This document shows, piece after piece, positions 17,491 to 27,581 of a stretch of 64,000 nucleotides of DNA. Location of the stretch: contig JASFQK010000036.1 in assembly GCA_050115495.1 (NCBI GenBank), positions 1-64,000 of the forward strand. The letters run 5' to 3'. A program made the translations under genes and the position numbers. Position 1 is the first letter of the stretch; every line of letters begins with the position of its first letter. The notes under the pieces are model-generated. The model was given only the letters and a program-made list of their open reading frames with translations. It searched no databases and had not been told where the DNA came from. This stretch comes from Phycisphaerae bacterium. GTDB lineage: Bacteria; Planctomycetota; Phycisphaerae; UBA1845; Fen-1342.

Positions 17491-18075
17491 GTGCCCTTGG
17501 TACGCAGTGCGATCCACGTTCGCACCGGCGAAGCGGATACGGCCGAGGTGGTGGACGCTTGGTTGCGCCAGCACCAGATCGTCGGCGTGGACTTCGCCGA
17601 CGCGTACGAGGCTTGCGTCCATCTGCTCGAGGAGAGCGAGCGCATTCCGGACGTGGCCTTCGTCGGCCTCGACTGGCTCGCGCCCGAGGAGCTCGGCATC
17701 GTTCGCTACATCGGCGAGACGTGGCCGGGCACGGTGCTGATTGTCTATCGACACAACGGGAACGCGCCGCCGTACGAGGGCGTCGTTCCGGTGCACTTCT
17801 GTCGTTCGACGGAGGCCCTGCAACAGCTCCTGACTGATCCCCCCGACCGCGTGCTGCGCCGTGCCCGCGAAGGATTCGGCCCCGGCCCGGGGCGACCGTC
17901 GCCGGTCCACGCACCGTCCGCGCCGTCCCCTGTAAAGTCCATGCCGCTGGAAGACGACCTGGGTCCGCTGGAGGGCGACCCGACCGCCGAGTACCTGGCT
18001 CCCGGCGCACCGCCGCCGCGCAGCTTCCTGACCAGCGAGGAACGCTCCGCCTTGCTCGACGACAAAGATCAATAA
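17491..18075 (+). CDS. Hypothetical protein, degenerate receiver-like N-terminus and Pro-rich tail
   Basis: Alpha/beta pattern (FADAYEAC..PDVAFVGLD..VLIVY); C-terminal LTSEERSALL; good codon bias. Confidence 0.65.
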   Translation: MPLVRSAIHVRTGEADTAEVVDAWLRQHQIVGVDFADAYEACVHLLEESERIPDVAFVGLDWLAPEELGIVRYIGETWPGTVLIVYRHNGNAPPYEGVVPVHFCRSTEALQQLLTDPPDRVLRRAREGFGPGPGRPSPVHAPSAPSPVKSMPLEDDLGPLEGDPTAEYLAPGAPPPRSFLTSEERSALLDDKDQ

Positions 18076-18108
18076 CGCGCGCCCGCAGATGGCCGGGGAA
18101 AGCAGCAG

Positions 18109-19392
18109 ATGCGCAGCGACGCTCGATTACTAGTGGTCGGTTCGGATTCCTATCGCCAGGCGGTCGGTACGGCGTTGCCGCGCTGCCGCCGAGTCGACAC
18201 CAACAACGCGCTCGACGGACTCTGGCAGGTCGGCCATGGCGAGTTCGACGCGGTGCTCATCTCCCTGTCCGTCAGTCGAAACACCCACAAGGCGATCCGC
18301 AGCCTTCGCCGCGTCTGCCCCCAGGCGCGCATCGTGGTGAGCTGTCCGGCGGCGGATGAGCCGGGAGCCCGCCGCGCGCTGCACGCCGGCGCTGACGAGT
18401 ACATCATCGAGCCGGTCACGCGTGAGGATCTCGAGACCGCCCTGCGGATTCCCTCGGGGGGGCGGATTCAGCCGCATGCGCCGGTCATCGAGCCCTCGTG
18501 GGAGGAGAAGGCTCAGTTCGTCGACGTGCTGCGCAACCTCAGCCAGGGACCGCAGGCGACGCTCGCCCGGCTGGTCGAGCTGCTGCAGCGCACCTTCCAG
18601 GTTCAGTACGCGGCCATTCGTATCGACGGCCTCGTGGCGACCGCCGGCGACACCGAGCCCACGGTTCTCGAAGAGCCCGTCCTGCGGCAGGGGGCCGCGG
18701 TAGGGGCCGTCAGCCTGGGGCAGCATCGCCATGGTCCCTTCCCGGCGTCGGCCGCCGTCCGGCTGGGCGATTACGCCCGGCTGGTCGAAGTGGTCGTCGC
18801 CGTGGCGGACGAGCGTGCCCATTGGCAGGATCTGGCGTGGACAGACGACCTGAGCCGCCTGCGCAACCGCCGCTACTTCGAACGCCGGCTCGACGAGCTG
18901 GTGGGGCAGTGCCGGCGGCAACGGGCGCACCTCACCGTTCTGCTCTTCGACATCGACGACTTCAAGCGCTACAACGACGAGTACGGCCACCAGACGGGCG
19001 ATGCCGTCATTCGCGAAGTGGCCTGTCTGCTGACCCGCTGCTCGCGCGAGTCGGATCTCGTGGCCCGCCATGGCGGTGATGAATTCGCCGTCGTTCTGTG
19101 GGACGCCGAGGGGCCCCGCGTGCCCGGGTCGCGGCATCCGACGGAGCTCGTTGCCCTGGCCGAGCGCTATCGCCAGATGATCGGCACGCACACGTTCCGC
19201 TGCCTGGGTCCGCACGCTCCCGGGCCGGTGACGATCAGCGGCGGGATGGCCTGTTTCCCGTGGGACGGGCGCTCGCGCACCGAGCTACTGCGTGCCGCCG
19301 ACGAGGCGTTGCTCGCCGCCAAGCAGACGGGAAAGAACCGCATCGAGCTGGCCGGCGGACCGGCCGACACCGCCACCAGCAGAGCTGATTAG
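18109..19392 (+). CDS. Diguanylate cyclase (atypical receiver + GGDEF)
   Basis: TDDLSRLRNRRYF, DIDDFKRYNDEYGHQTGD, RESD I-site, RHGGDEF, ADEALLAAKQTGKNR. Confidence 0.92.
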   Translation: MRSDARLLVVGSDSYRQAVGTALPRCRRVDTNNALDGLWQVGHGEFDAVLISLSVSRNTHKAIRSLRRVCPQARIVVSCPAADEPGARRALHAGADEYIIEPVTREDLETALRIPSGGRIQPHAPVIEPSWEEKAQFVDVLRNLSQGPQATLARLVELLQRTFQVQYAAIRIDGLVATAGDTEPTVLEEPVLRQGAAVGAVSLGQHRHGPFPASAAVRLGDYARLVEVVVAVADERAHWQDLAWTDDLSRLRNRRYFERRLDELVGQCRRQRAHLTVLLFDIDDFKRYNDEYGHQTGDAVIREVACLLTRCSRESDLVARHGGDEFAVVLWDAEGPRVPGSRHPTELVALAERYRQMIGTHTFRCLGPHAPGPVTISGGMACFPWDGRSRTELLRAADEALLAAKQTGKNRIELAGGPADTATSRAD

Positions 19393-19411
19393 TCCCCCGC
19401 CCCATCCGTAC

Positions 19412-20467
19412 TCAGAGCACTTCCGCGACTTCGTTCCGTTGCCGGCGCCGCGCGCCGGCGAGGCGGATGGCCAGACGAATGGCCGCGGACATGCTCGACG
19501 GTTCCGCCCGGTTCTTCCCCGCGATGTCGAACGCCGTGCCGTGATCGGGGCTGGTGCGTATGCTCGGCAGACCGAGCGTCACCTGCACGGCTCGGTCGAA
19601 CGCGTGCATCTTCACCGGGATCAGCGCCTGGTCGTGGTACATCGCCACCAGCCCGTCGAACGTCCGGCGGACGCGCGGCGCGAACGCCGTGTCCGGCGGC
19701 AGGGGGCCGCTGACGCGGAGGCCGGCGTTGCGGGCCATGGCCAGGGCCGGCTCGATGATCCGCTGCTCCTCGTCGCCCAGCAGGCCACCCTCGCCGGCGT
19801 GCGGGTTCAGGCCGAGCACGCCGATGTGCGGACGCTCGATGTTGAACCACTCCCGCAGGGCGCGGTCGAGCAGGTCGATCGGCTGATGCACGAGCCCGAT
19901 CGTGAAGCGGTTGCGCAACTCGAACAGCGGTACGTGGGCGCTGGCCAGGGCGACGCGCAGCTCGTCGGCGACGAAGGCCATGGTCAGTCGCCGGGTGGAG
20001 AAGCGCTCGGCCAGCAGCTCGGTATGGCCGAGGACGCGATAGCCGGCCAGTTGCCAGCTTTCCTTGCAGATCGGGGCGGTGACCAGGGCGTCGATCGTGC
20101 CTTCCTTCAGGTTGCGGATGCCCTCCTCGACGAAGCGCATAGAGGCTTCGCCGGCGAGGGCGTCGGGCTCGCGCCGCCCGTTGACGCGCAGGAAGCGGAT
20201 GTCGTCGAAGTCGGCGAGCAGGACGCCGGTGGCGATCCGCGGGCCGAACTCGTACGGCTCGCGCCACCAGTAGGCGTTGATCTCGGCCTGGTCGGCCACG
20301 GCGCTGAACACGTCGTGCAGGCCGAAGATGACGAAGCGGGCCTGCCGGCGCAGCTCCTGGTCGGCCAGCGCCTTGACGATCACTTCCGGGCCGATGCCGA
20401 GCGGATCACCCATGCTGATGCCGATCAGCGGGCGATAGATCTCGTTGCCGGCGGCGTGGTGGTTCAC
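19412..20467 (-). CDS. pdxA: 4-hydroxythreonine-4-phosphate dehydrogenase
   Basis: ISMGDPLGIGPE, TAPICKE, GHTELL, LNPHAGEGG, AMYHDQ, RTSPDHGTAFDIAG; GTGA overlap with ribE. Confidence 0.94.
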   Translation of the reverse strand: MNHHAAGNEIYRPLIGISMGDPLGIGPEVIVKALADQELRRQARFVIFGLHDVFSAVADQAEINAYWWREPYEFGPRIATGVLLADFDDIRFLRVNGRREPDALAGEASMRFVEEGIRNLKEGTIDALVTAPICKESWQLAGYRVLGHTELLAERFSTRRLTMAFVADELRVALASAHVPLFELRNRFTIGLVHQPIDLLDRALREWFNIERPHIGVLGLNPHAGEGGLLGDEEQRIIEPALAMARNAGLRVSGPLPPDTAFAPRVRRTFDGLVAMYHDQALIPVKMHAFDRAVQVTLGLPSIRTSPDHGTAFDIAGKNRAEPSSMSAAIRLAIRLAGARRRQRNEVAEVL

Positions 20468-21123
20468 AGGAAACCGCCCTCCCGCAGGCTGTCGAAGGTC
20501 AGGGCCCCGGCGTGATCGGCGGCCGTTCGGCTCAGCACGATCCGGGCGAGAATGTCCGTTTCGATGTTCACTTCGTCGCCGGGCTGACGCTGGCGGAGGA
20601 CGGTCTGTTCGAGCGTGGTCGGGATCAGGGCGACGGAGAGGTTCGCCGGCCCGACGTCGACGACGGTCAGGCTGGTGCCGTCCAGAGCGATCGAGCCCTT
20701 GCGCACGATGAAGGGCATCGTCTCCGGCGGTGCAGTCACCCAGAGCTTCCACTGTCCGGTGGTGCGCTCGATGCGCTCGACGCGGCCGATGCCGTCGATG
20801 TGTCCCTGGACGAAGTGGCCGTCGATGCGGTCGCCGACACGGAGGGAGCGCTCGGCGTTGACGAGGTCGCCCGGGCGCAGGCGGCGGAGGTTCGTGTTCT
20901 GCCAGGTTTCGGGCACGACATCGAAGAGGCCGGTGCCGTCGCGGGCTTCGACCAGCGTCAGGCAGGCGCCGTTGATCGCGACGCTGGCCCCGGGGCGCAG
21001 ACCGGTCAGCAGGTCGCCCAGCGACACGACGAGGCGGTGCGCCCATGCTCCGCTGGCGTCGCGTTGCGGCGACTCGGCGGCGGTCACGACCTTGCCCAAG
21101 GTCTCGACGATGCCCGCAAACAT
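20464..21123 (-). CDS. ribE: Riboflavin synthase
   Basis: MFAGIVE, SVAINGACLT, GHFVQGHIDG, KGSIALDGTSLT, VNIETD. Confidence 0.94.
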   Translation of the reverse strand: MFAGIVETLGKVVTAAESPQRDASGAWAHRLVVSLGDLLTGLRPGASVAINGACLTLVEARDGTGLFDVVPETWQNTNLRRLRPGDLVNAERSLRVGDRIDGHFVQGHIDGIGRVERIERTTGQWKLWVTAPPETMPFIVRKGSIALDGTSLTVVDVGPANLSVALIPTTLEQTVLRQRQPGDEVNIETDILARIVLSRTAADHAGALTFDSLREGGFL

Positions 21124-21387
21124 GCTCCGTTCCTCAGCCCCGCCGGCGGCCGGTGTTGCGGCCAGGCGGCGTGGCTTGCCCGTATTAGATAGCGCCCGCA
21201 CCAGCGCCGGCAAGCGCGGGCCGCAAATCGGGGCGGCGGCCCGCCGACCCGCACGCCCATGGCAGCGGAGCCCGGGCGCCGGCGAAGAGGCGTCGTGCGT
21301 CGCCGCACGGCTCACTCGCCGGCACTCGGGCTCTGCTCGCAGCAGGGGGGCGGCTGACCGCCCCGCGACGATTCCGGAGGTGCGGCC

Positions 21388-22035
21388 TTAGTCGAAGAGC
21401 TCCTCGGCGCCGTCCGGAATTGTCGCCGTACCCGCATCGTGGACCGCGTTCCACTCGTCCACGGTGTCGATCTCATTGAGCACGAGGAAGTCGGAGATGG
21501 CCTGCGCCTGGGCGTCGGTCAGCTCCTGTGGGTGCGCGTCGCCTTCGGTCCGCTTGTCGACGACGACCTGGATCTCATCGGGCGTCAGCGTGGACGCCTC
21601 GCCGTCGAGGACCTTCTCCACGGCGGTGATCAGCGTGCCGCCGCCCTGATTGGTCGTACGCTCGGTGCCGGCCGAACTGGGCACATCGGCCAGGAAGATC
21701 TCCAGCAACCCGTCCGGGACGACGATGGAGCTGGGATCGGAGAAGAGCTGATCGAGGATGGCCTCGAGGTCGTCCTCATTGTTGATGTCGTTGTCGTGCA
21801 GGAAGGTGGCGATTGCGTCGGCCTGGGCGGCGGTGAGCTCAAACGGCAGCTCCACGCCCAGCAGGCTGCCGCCCTGGACCAGGGCCAGGATTTCGTCGCC
21901 CGTCAACTGCGACCACTGCCCGCTCTGAATCTTCTCCAGTCCGCTCAGCGCCGAGCTGACGAAACAGCCGCTCACGCTCAGCAGGAGTCCGGCCAGAACA
22001 ACGGACACGGCCACTCTGCTCACTTGCTTTCGCAT
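21388..22035 (-). CDS. Acidic lipoprotein with two copies of an unrecognised ~80-aa domain
   Basis: Signal peptide with lipobox VSG-C; internal repeat LTxDEI..ELTxAQAxAI..FL..NxI..xDx..xPDG..ExF; AAGGAG SD. Confidence 0.75.
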   Translation of the reverse strand: MRKQVSRVAVSVVLAGLLLSVSGCFVSSALSGLEKIQSGQWSQLTGDEILALVQGGSLLGVELPFELTAAQADAIATFLHDNDINNEDDLEAILDQLFSDPSSIVVPDGLLEIFLADVPSSAGTERTTNQGGGTLITAVEKVLDGEASTLTPDEIQVVVDKRTEGDAHPQELTDAQAQAISDFLVLNEIDTVDEWNAVHDAGTATIPDGAEELFD

Positions 22036-22166
22036 GCTCATCTCCTTGAAGCTCGAAAGACCGCGGTGCGTGACGTCCTTGCCACGCGCTACCCCGTCCC
22101 GCGCAAGCGAAACGAAGAATTGATAACAAACTTGTCAGACTCGGGCCGCCGCCGGCGCTGCGCCCT

Positions 22167-22706
22167 CTACGGCAGCTCCGGAATCAGCAAGGCCGGATCG
22201 AAGTCCACGAAGAGGTCGTTCAGTGTTCCTTCGGGGATGGTGCTCGGTATCAGCAGCAGATTCGCCGGCACGTCCAGGAAGTCCAGCAGATCGTCCTCCG
22301 TGGCGATGTCGTTGTCCTGGAAGAACGTGACGACGGCCTGCGCTTCCGCGTCGGTCAGCTCGTAATCCAGGTCATCGCCCACCTCGGTCGCCGCGTCGCC
22401 GAAGACCTGGACCTCGTCCGGCGTCATCTGGTTGAACTGGCCGGCGACGACCTTGTCGTACGCCGTGCGCAGATCGCCGCCGTACTGGTTCGCCTCGCGG
22501 ATCGAATCCAGGACGGTGTTGATGGCGATGGGCGAGAGGCCGAGGTCGGCCAGGGCCGTGCGCTTTTCCTGGGCGGTGAGGCCGGTGTCGTTGCGGATGG
22601 CGTCGATTTCGTCGAGCCGGGGGCCGACGCCGATGTTCTCCAGCAGGGGTGTCTCGCACCCGGTGGCGATCACCAGCAGGACGGCTATCAGGCAGATGGT
22701 TCGCAT
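22167..22706 (-). CDS. Acidic lipoprotein with one copy of the same domain
   Basis: Lipobox ATG-C; MTPDEVQV..ELTDAEAQAVVTFFQDNDIATEDDL..TIPEG..DLF. Confidence 0.75.
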   Translation of the reverse strand: MRTICLIAVLLVIATGCETPLLENIGVGPRLDEIDAIRNDTGLTAQEKRTALADLGLSPIAINTVLDSIREANQYGGDLRTAYDKVVAGQFNQMTPDEVQVFGDAATEVGDDLDYELTDAEAQAVVTFFQDNDIATEDDLLDFLDVPANLLLIPSTIPEGTLNDLFVDFDPALLIPELP

Positions 22707-22906
22707 ACTATCCACTCAATCTAGGGGCAAATCGTCTCCGGGGCGCTCGGGCCGGGCCGTTCCCAGCCTACGCGCCCACCACCTGTCCCGGTATCATACA
22801 TATCGGACAAAGGCCGGCTCAACACTCAGTCCTCCCCCGGACTGAACGGCAGCGCTGTGCGAGACGGCTCGAAACAGCCATCGGCCCGCTGGCCGGGGAG
22901 TGATTC

Positions 22907-23968
22907 ATGCGTGTCGCCATTGTCGGGTTCCCTTTTTCTGGCAAAACGTCGCTGTTCACGGCGGTCACGGGGCTTTCCCGCGACCATTTGAAGGCCGCCG
23001 AGGAGAACCTGGCTGCCGTGCACGTTCCCGAGCCGCGGCTGGATTTCCTCTTCGAGCTGTTCAAACCCAAGCGCAAAACCGAGGCAACCGTCGATTTCGT
23101 CGACCTGCCCGGAAGTGCCGAGGGCGACAGCCAGCACGCCGGTCTTACCAAACATCTGCCGACCTTGCGCCAGTGTGACGCTTTGCTGATCATCGTCCGG
23201 GCGTTTGAGTCGGAGTCGGTCCCGGCTCACGAGGGCCGCATCGACCCCCGGCGGGATCTGCGCATGCTGCGGGACGAGATGCTGCTGGCCGACCTGACCA
23301 TCTGCGCCGGCCGGATCGAGAAGCTCGAGAAGACCATCCACAAGCCCAGTCCCGATCAGGACCAGCGCAAGCAGGAACTGGCCCTGCTCAAGAAGATCAA
23401 CGAGGCTCTCGAAAACGAGCGGCCGCTCCGCGAGATCATCCAGCCCCAGGACGAACGCCTGGTGCGCGGCTTCGGCTTCCTGACGCTCAAGCCCGCGGTC
23501 ACCGTGCTCAACGTCGGTGAGGATCACATCGGCGAGCCGCCCGCGTTCAAGGATGAGCTGGCCGCCGCGACGTTCGCCGTCTGCGCGCCACTTGAGGGCG
23601 AGCTGCTACAGATGGAACCCGGCGAGCGGGCCCCGTTCATGGCCGACTACGGCATCCAGGCCCTGGCTCGCGACCGCCTGGTCCGCGCCTGCTTCGACGC
23701 CCTGGGCATGATCTTCTTCCTCACCGGCGGCGGGCCGGACGAGGTGCGGGCCTGGATCATCCCGCAGGGAGCAACGGCCGTGGAGGCCGCGGGGAAGATC
23801 CACAGCGACATCGCCCGCGGCTTCATCCGCGCCGAGACCATCGCCTTCGACGACCTGCGGGCGGCGGGCAACATGCGCGACGCCAAGGCCGCGGGCAAGC
23901 TGCGCCAGGAGCACAAGCAGTACATCGTTCAGGACGGTGACGTCATCACCTTCAAGTTCAACGTCTAG
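22907..23968 (+). CDS. ychF: YchF/Obg-like ATPase
   Basis: GFPFSGKT P-loop, VPEPRLD, DLPG, EVRAW, AAGKIHSDIARGFIRAE, YIVQDGDVITFKFNV. Confidence 0.92.
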   Translation: MRVAIVGFPFSGKTSLFTAVTGLSRDHLKAAEENLAAVHVPEPRLDFLFELFKPKRKTEATVDFVDLPGSAEGDSQHAGLTKHLPTLRQCDALLIIVRAFESESVPAHEGRIDPRRDLRMLRDEMLLADLTICAGRIEKLEKTIHKPSPDQDQRKQELALLKKINEALENERPLREIIQPQDERLVRGFGFLTLKPAVTVLNVGEDHIGEPPAFKDELAAATFAVCAPLEGELLQMEPGERAPFMADYGIQALARDRLVRACFDALGMIFFLTGGGPDEVRAWIIPQGATAVEAAGKIHSDIARGFIRAETIAFDDLRAAGNMRDAKAAGKLRQEHKQYIVQDGDVITFKFNV

Positions 23969-23996
23969 AGCCGCCGGCGCGGCTCGCCCTGGGAGG

Positions 23997-26795
23997 ATGC
24001 CCGTGCGCGCTGCTGTCCTCGTCGCGATTCTCGTCATCGTCGTCGGCGCCGCCGCCCAATCGCCCGTCACCCAGGCCGACTTGCTGCATCGTGTCATGGA
24101 CCTGGAACGGCTGATGGGCCCGCCGGTCGGCGTGCGCACCGGGATGTTCTCCAGCTATGACCGTGCCTCGCGCATCGACGAGCACGGCCAGTACGTCGAT
24201 TGGGACGCCAACGGCGACCGCGGGCAGTTCATCCGTGCCGAGGCCGACGGCTGGATGGTCATGGCCGAGATGGAAGGCCCCGGAGCCATCACCCGCATCT
24301 GGTCGGCCAACCCGCACGGACGCATCCGCTTCATCCTCGACGGCGAGACGGTCATCGAGGCCGACTTCGCCGAGCTGTTCAACGGCAAGCTGCCGCCCTT
24401 CGCCGAGCCGCTGTGCTACGTCACGCCCGGTGGCGGCCACAACTGCTATTTCCCCATCGGCTACAGCCACTCGTGCCGCGTCGGCCTGCGCGAGAGCACG
24501 TCGTACTACCAGATCAACTACGTCGCGTTTCCCACGGGGACGGTGGTCGAGCCCTTCCGCCTCGATCTGTCCGACGAGGCCCGCGCGGCTTGCGACGAGG
24601 TCGCCGAAGTCTTCACAACGGGCCTGCCCGACCGGCTTATCTTCCATGATTACCCCACGTACACGATCGGTAACTTCACCGAGCTTGCTCCGGAAGAGTC
24701 GTTCGACGTTGAGACCAGCCACGGCGGCGGCATCATCCGCGCCCTGTACGTCGGCCTGGCCGACCGCCGCCTGCCGCCCGAGCCGTATGCCCTGCACCGC
24801 TGCATCCTGCGCATTCACCTGGATCGCGAGGACCGGCCGGCCGTCGAGGTGCCGCTCATCGACTTCTTCGGCTCCGGGTTCGAGCCGCGGTTCTTCGACA
24901 GCCTGGTCGTCGGCACCGATCAATGGCTGCCCATCCAGGCTGTGGCCAGCAGTGAAACCCGCTTCATGTACTGCTACTTCCCCATGCCTTTCGACGACGT
25001 CGCCCGCGTCGAGATTCTGAACCTCAGCGGCAAGAAGATCGGCCTGACGCTGTGGGCGCGCGTGGACCGCACGCGTCCGCCGGCCAACACCCTGCGCTTT
25101 CGGGCCGGCTTCCGTAAGGAAGATCCGTGCAAGGTGCTCGATTACCTCATCCTTCAGACGACGGGCCGGGGCCGCATCGTCGGCTGCGTGCTCAACGTCG
25201 ATTGCCCGCGCCGCGCGTGGTGGGGCGAGGGTGACGACAAGGTCTGGATCGACGGCGAGGCCTTCCCCTCCTATTTTGGCACGGGCTCGGAGGATTTCCT
25301 CGGCGACGCCTGGGGCCTGCACGAGCACAAGTACCCGCTCCAGGGCGCCACCCGCACCGGCCCGTACGGCAAGAACTCCGCCTATCGCTGGATGCTCAGC
25401 GATTCCATCGACTTTCACACCGGCGTCCGCTTCACCATCGAGAACTGGCAGCACGGCAAGGTGCACGACACGTACTACAGCTCCGTCGCCTACTGGTACG
25501 GCGACCCGGCGCCGGCCGAGTACTTCCCGCCGCTGACGCTCAAGGAGCTCACACCGCCCGGCCTGCGCATCCCGGATTCGGTCGAGATCGAGGACCACAT
25601 CCGCGGCGAGGGCTGGGGCTATCCCATGCGCGAGAAGCACGCCGGCGGGGTCGAGTTCTCCGGCGGTAACGCCACCAGCATCTCGGGTTCCGACCCGGTG
25701 ACGATCAACCTGCCGTCCGACCGGGATCGCACCGTGAACCTGACGCTGCGCGTCCATGCGCGGCGCTCGTTCGAGTCGATTGAGGTGCGCGAGGCCGACG
25801 GCCGCGTCATCGGCACCGCCCTCTACAACCGCGAGTCCGGCGGGGAGTACGCCATCGGCGTCGTGCGGCTGGCCAAGGGCGACAACCTGCTCACCGTGCA
25901 GTGCACGCCGCGGGCCATTCTCGACTGCTGGATTCTGGAAGATGTGCGCAGCAGCGATCGCGGACCCGAAGGCGAAAACCTGGAGGTCGCCGGCGCGGAC
26001 GGCGTCGCCGACACCGTCGAGTACGCCACGTTGCCGTGGTCCGGCGGCGCGCAGCGCAGCTTCACGTTTGACCGCGTCGGCGCGACGGCCACGTTCAAGC
26101 TGCCGGAGTCCTACGCCGACGCGACCCGCGCCGTTGTGCTGGTCGTCACGCAAACGCCGGACGGCGGCCGCTTTCAGACGCTGCTGGACGGCCAGCCGCT
26201 TGGCCGGCCGTTCAGTTGCAGAGCGGAGACGCCGGCCATCACGCGTGTACCACTCGGCGTCGTGATGCTGAAGGGCAAGGAGCACACGCTCGCCTTCCGC
26301 GCCGAGCAGCCCGACGGGGCGGCCACCGGTCGGCGACTCGGCCTCGACGTCGTCGAGCTCCCCGGCGTGTGCAGCCCGTACGCCCAGGAATGCGAAGACC
26401 TGCCCGTCGCCAGCGCCACCGATACGAACGAGACGCGCCAGGATATCCGCGGAGCCAGCGCCGACGCCCACATGTGGTGCCGGGCGACCGCCCCCGGAGC
26501 GGCGATCGAGTTCCAGGTTCCGGTGGCCAAGGCCGGCCGCTACCGCCTCACCGCCGTCTACACGCGCTCGTTCGACTACGGGATCGTGCAGACCTACGTG
26601 AACGGCGAGAAAGCGGGCGAGCCGCTCGATACGTACGCGCCGAATATCGAGCCCGACCTGCGTCAGCCGCTCGGCGAGTTCGATCTGCCCGCCGGTCCGC
26701 TGCGTCTGCGGGTCGAGGTCGTCGGCAAGAGCGAGCGCTCCCCCGGCTACTTCTTCGGCGTGGATTGCATCATCGTCGAGCCGGTGAAGCCGTAG
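23997..26795 (+). CDS. Secreted DUF2961 / glycoside hydrolase family 172 protein with C-terminal CBM-like beta-sandwich modules
   Basis: Signal peptide; SSYDR, GPGAITRIWSANP, NCYFPI, YYQINY, WWGEGDDKVWIDGE..PS.FGTGSED, YSSVAYWY; ExE-led C-terminal modules. Confidence 0.82.
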   Translation: MPVRAAVLVAILVIVVGAAAQSPVTQADLLHRVMDLERLMGPPVGVRTGMFSSYDRASRIDEHGQYVDWDANGDRGQFIRAEADGWMVMAEMEGPGAITRIWSANPHGRIRFILDGETVIEADFAELFNGKLPPFAEPLCYVTPGGGHNCYFPIGYSHSCRVGLRESTSYYQINYVAFPTGTVVEPFRLDLSDEARAACDEVAEVFTTGLPDRLIFHDYPTYTIGNFTELAPEESFDVETSHGGGIIRALYVGLADRRLPPEPYALHRCILRIHLDREDRPAVEVPLIDFFGSGFEPRFFDSLVVGTDQWLPIQAVASSETRFMYCYFPMPFDDVARVEILNLSGKKIGLTLWARVDRTRPPANTLRFRAGFRKEDPCKVLDYLILQTTGRGRIVGCVLNVDCPRRAWWGEGDDKVWIDGEAFPSYFGTGSEDFLGDAWGLHEHKYPLQGATRTGPYGKNSAYRWMLSDSIDFHTGVRFTIENWQHGKVHDTYYSSVAYWYGDPAPAEYFPPLTLKELTPPGLRIPDSVEIEDHIRGEGWGYPMREKHAGGVEFSGGNATSISGSDPVTINLPSDRDRTVNLTLRVHARRSFESIEVREADGRVIGTALYNRESGGEYAIGVVRLAKGDNLLTVQCTPRAILDCWILEDVRSSDRGPEGENLEVAGADGVADTVEYATLPWSGGAQRSFTFDRVGATATFKLPESYADATRAVVLVVTQTPDGGRFQTLLDGQPLGRPFSCRAETPAITRVPLGVVMLKGKEHTLAFRAEQPDGAATGRRLGLDVVELPGVCSPYAQECEDLPVASATDTNETRQDIRGASADAHMWCRATAPGAAIEFQVPVAKAGRYRLTAVYTRSFDYGIVQTYVNGEKAGEPLDTYAPNIEPDLRQPLGEFDLPAGPLRLRVEVVGKSERSPGYFFGVDCIIVEPVKP

Positions 26796-26810
26796 CCGCT
26801 TCGCCGACCG

Positions 26811-27581
26811 TTACCCCACTTCCACAACGAGGCCGTCGTAGGCGAGCTCCATGCCCGCCGGCAGTTCGGCGTTCGTCTCGGCGTGCTTGAGCTCGTGGGC
26901 GATGTGCGTGAAGTACGTCCGCCGGGCGCCGATCCGCTGCGCTTCGGCCACCGCCTGTTCCAGATTGAAGTGCGTGGGGTGCGGCCGGCGGCGCAGGCCG
27001 TCCAGTACCAGCACCTCCAGCCCGGCCAGGAGCGCCCGCGACGAATCCGGCACGCCGCTGCAATCCGGGCAATAGGCCACGCCGCCGATGCGGAAGCCGA
27101 GAATCTGCTCGCGCCCGTGCCAGTAGGGGATCGGTACGATCTCGCACCCACCGATCGTCCACGGACCGGTCACCTCCACGGCCCGCAGCCGCGGCTTGGC
27201 GCTGGGATAGTCCGGATCGTCGGCGAACGCGTAGCGGAACATGGTCCGCACGCGGGTCAGCGTGCTGGCGTCGGCATAGACAGGAATCGCCGCCCCCTGC
27301 ATCCAGTTGAACCGCCGCACATCGTCCAGCCCGACGACGTGGTCGGCGTGGGCGTGCGTGAACAGAATGGCGTCCACGTGGGTCACGCCGCAGGCCAGGC
27401 ATTGCAGGCGCAGCTCCGGGCTCGTGTCGATGAGGAAGTGGCCGCCGTCACAACTCACGTAGGCGCTCGGCCGCGTCCGCCGATCGCGCGGATCGTCGGA
27501 CGTGCACACCGGGCAGTCGCACCCGATCATGGGGATGCCGTGTGACGTGCCCGAACCCAGAATCGTCAGCCGCACCGACAC
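26811..27581 (-). CDS. MBL-fold metallo-hydrolase, PhnP/YycJ-like
   Basis: LGSGTSHGIPMIGCDCPVC, THAHADHVVGLDD, HPTHF, THIAH, AYDGL. Confidence 0.9.
   Translation of the reverse strand: MSVRLTILGSGTSHGIPMIGCDCPVCTSDDPRDRRTRPSAYVSCDGGHFLIDTSPELRLQCLACGVTHVDAILFTHAHADHVVGLDDVRRFNWMQGAAIPVYADASTLTRVRTMFRYAFADDPDYPSAKPRLRAVEVTGPWTIGGCEIVPIPYWHGREQILGFRIGGVAYCPDCSGVPDSSRALLAGLEVLVLDGLRRRPHPTHFNLEQAVAEAQRIGARRTYFTHIAHELKHAETNAELPAGMELAYDGLVVEVG

Noticed and set aside
21124..21387. FMN riboswitch upstream of ribE
   Set aside because: No RFN consensus (AGGGCGGGGTGAAATTCCC..) visible
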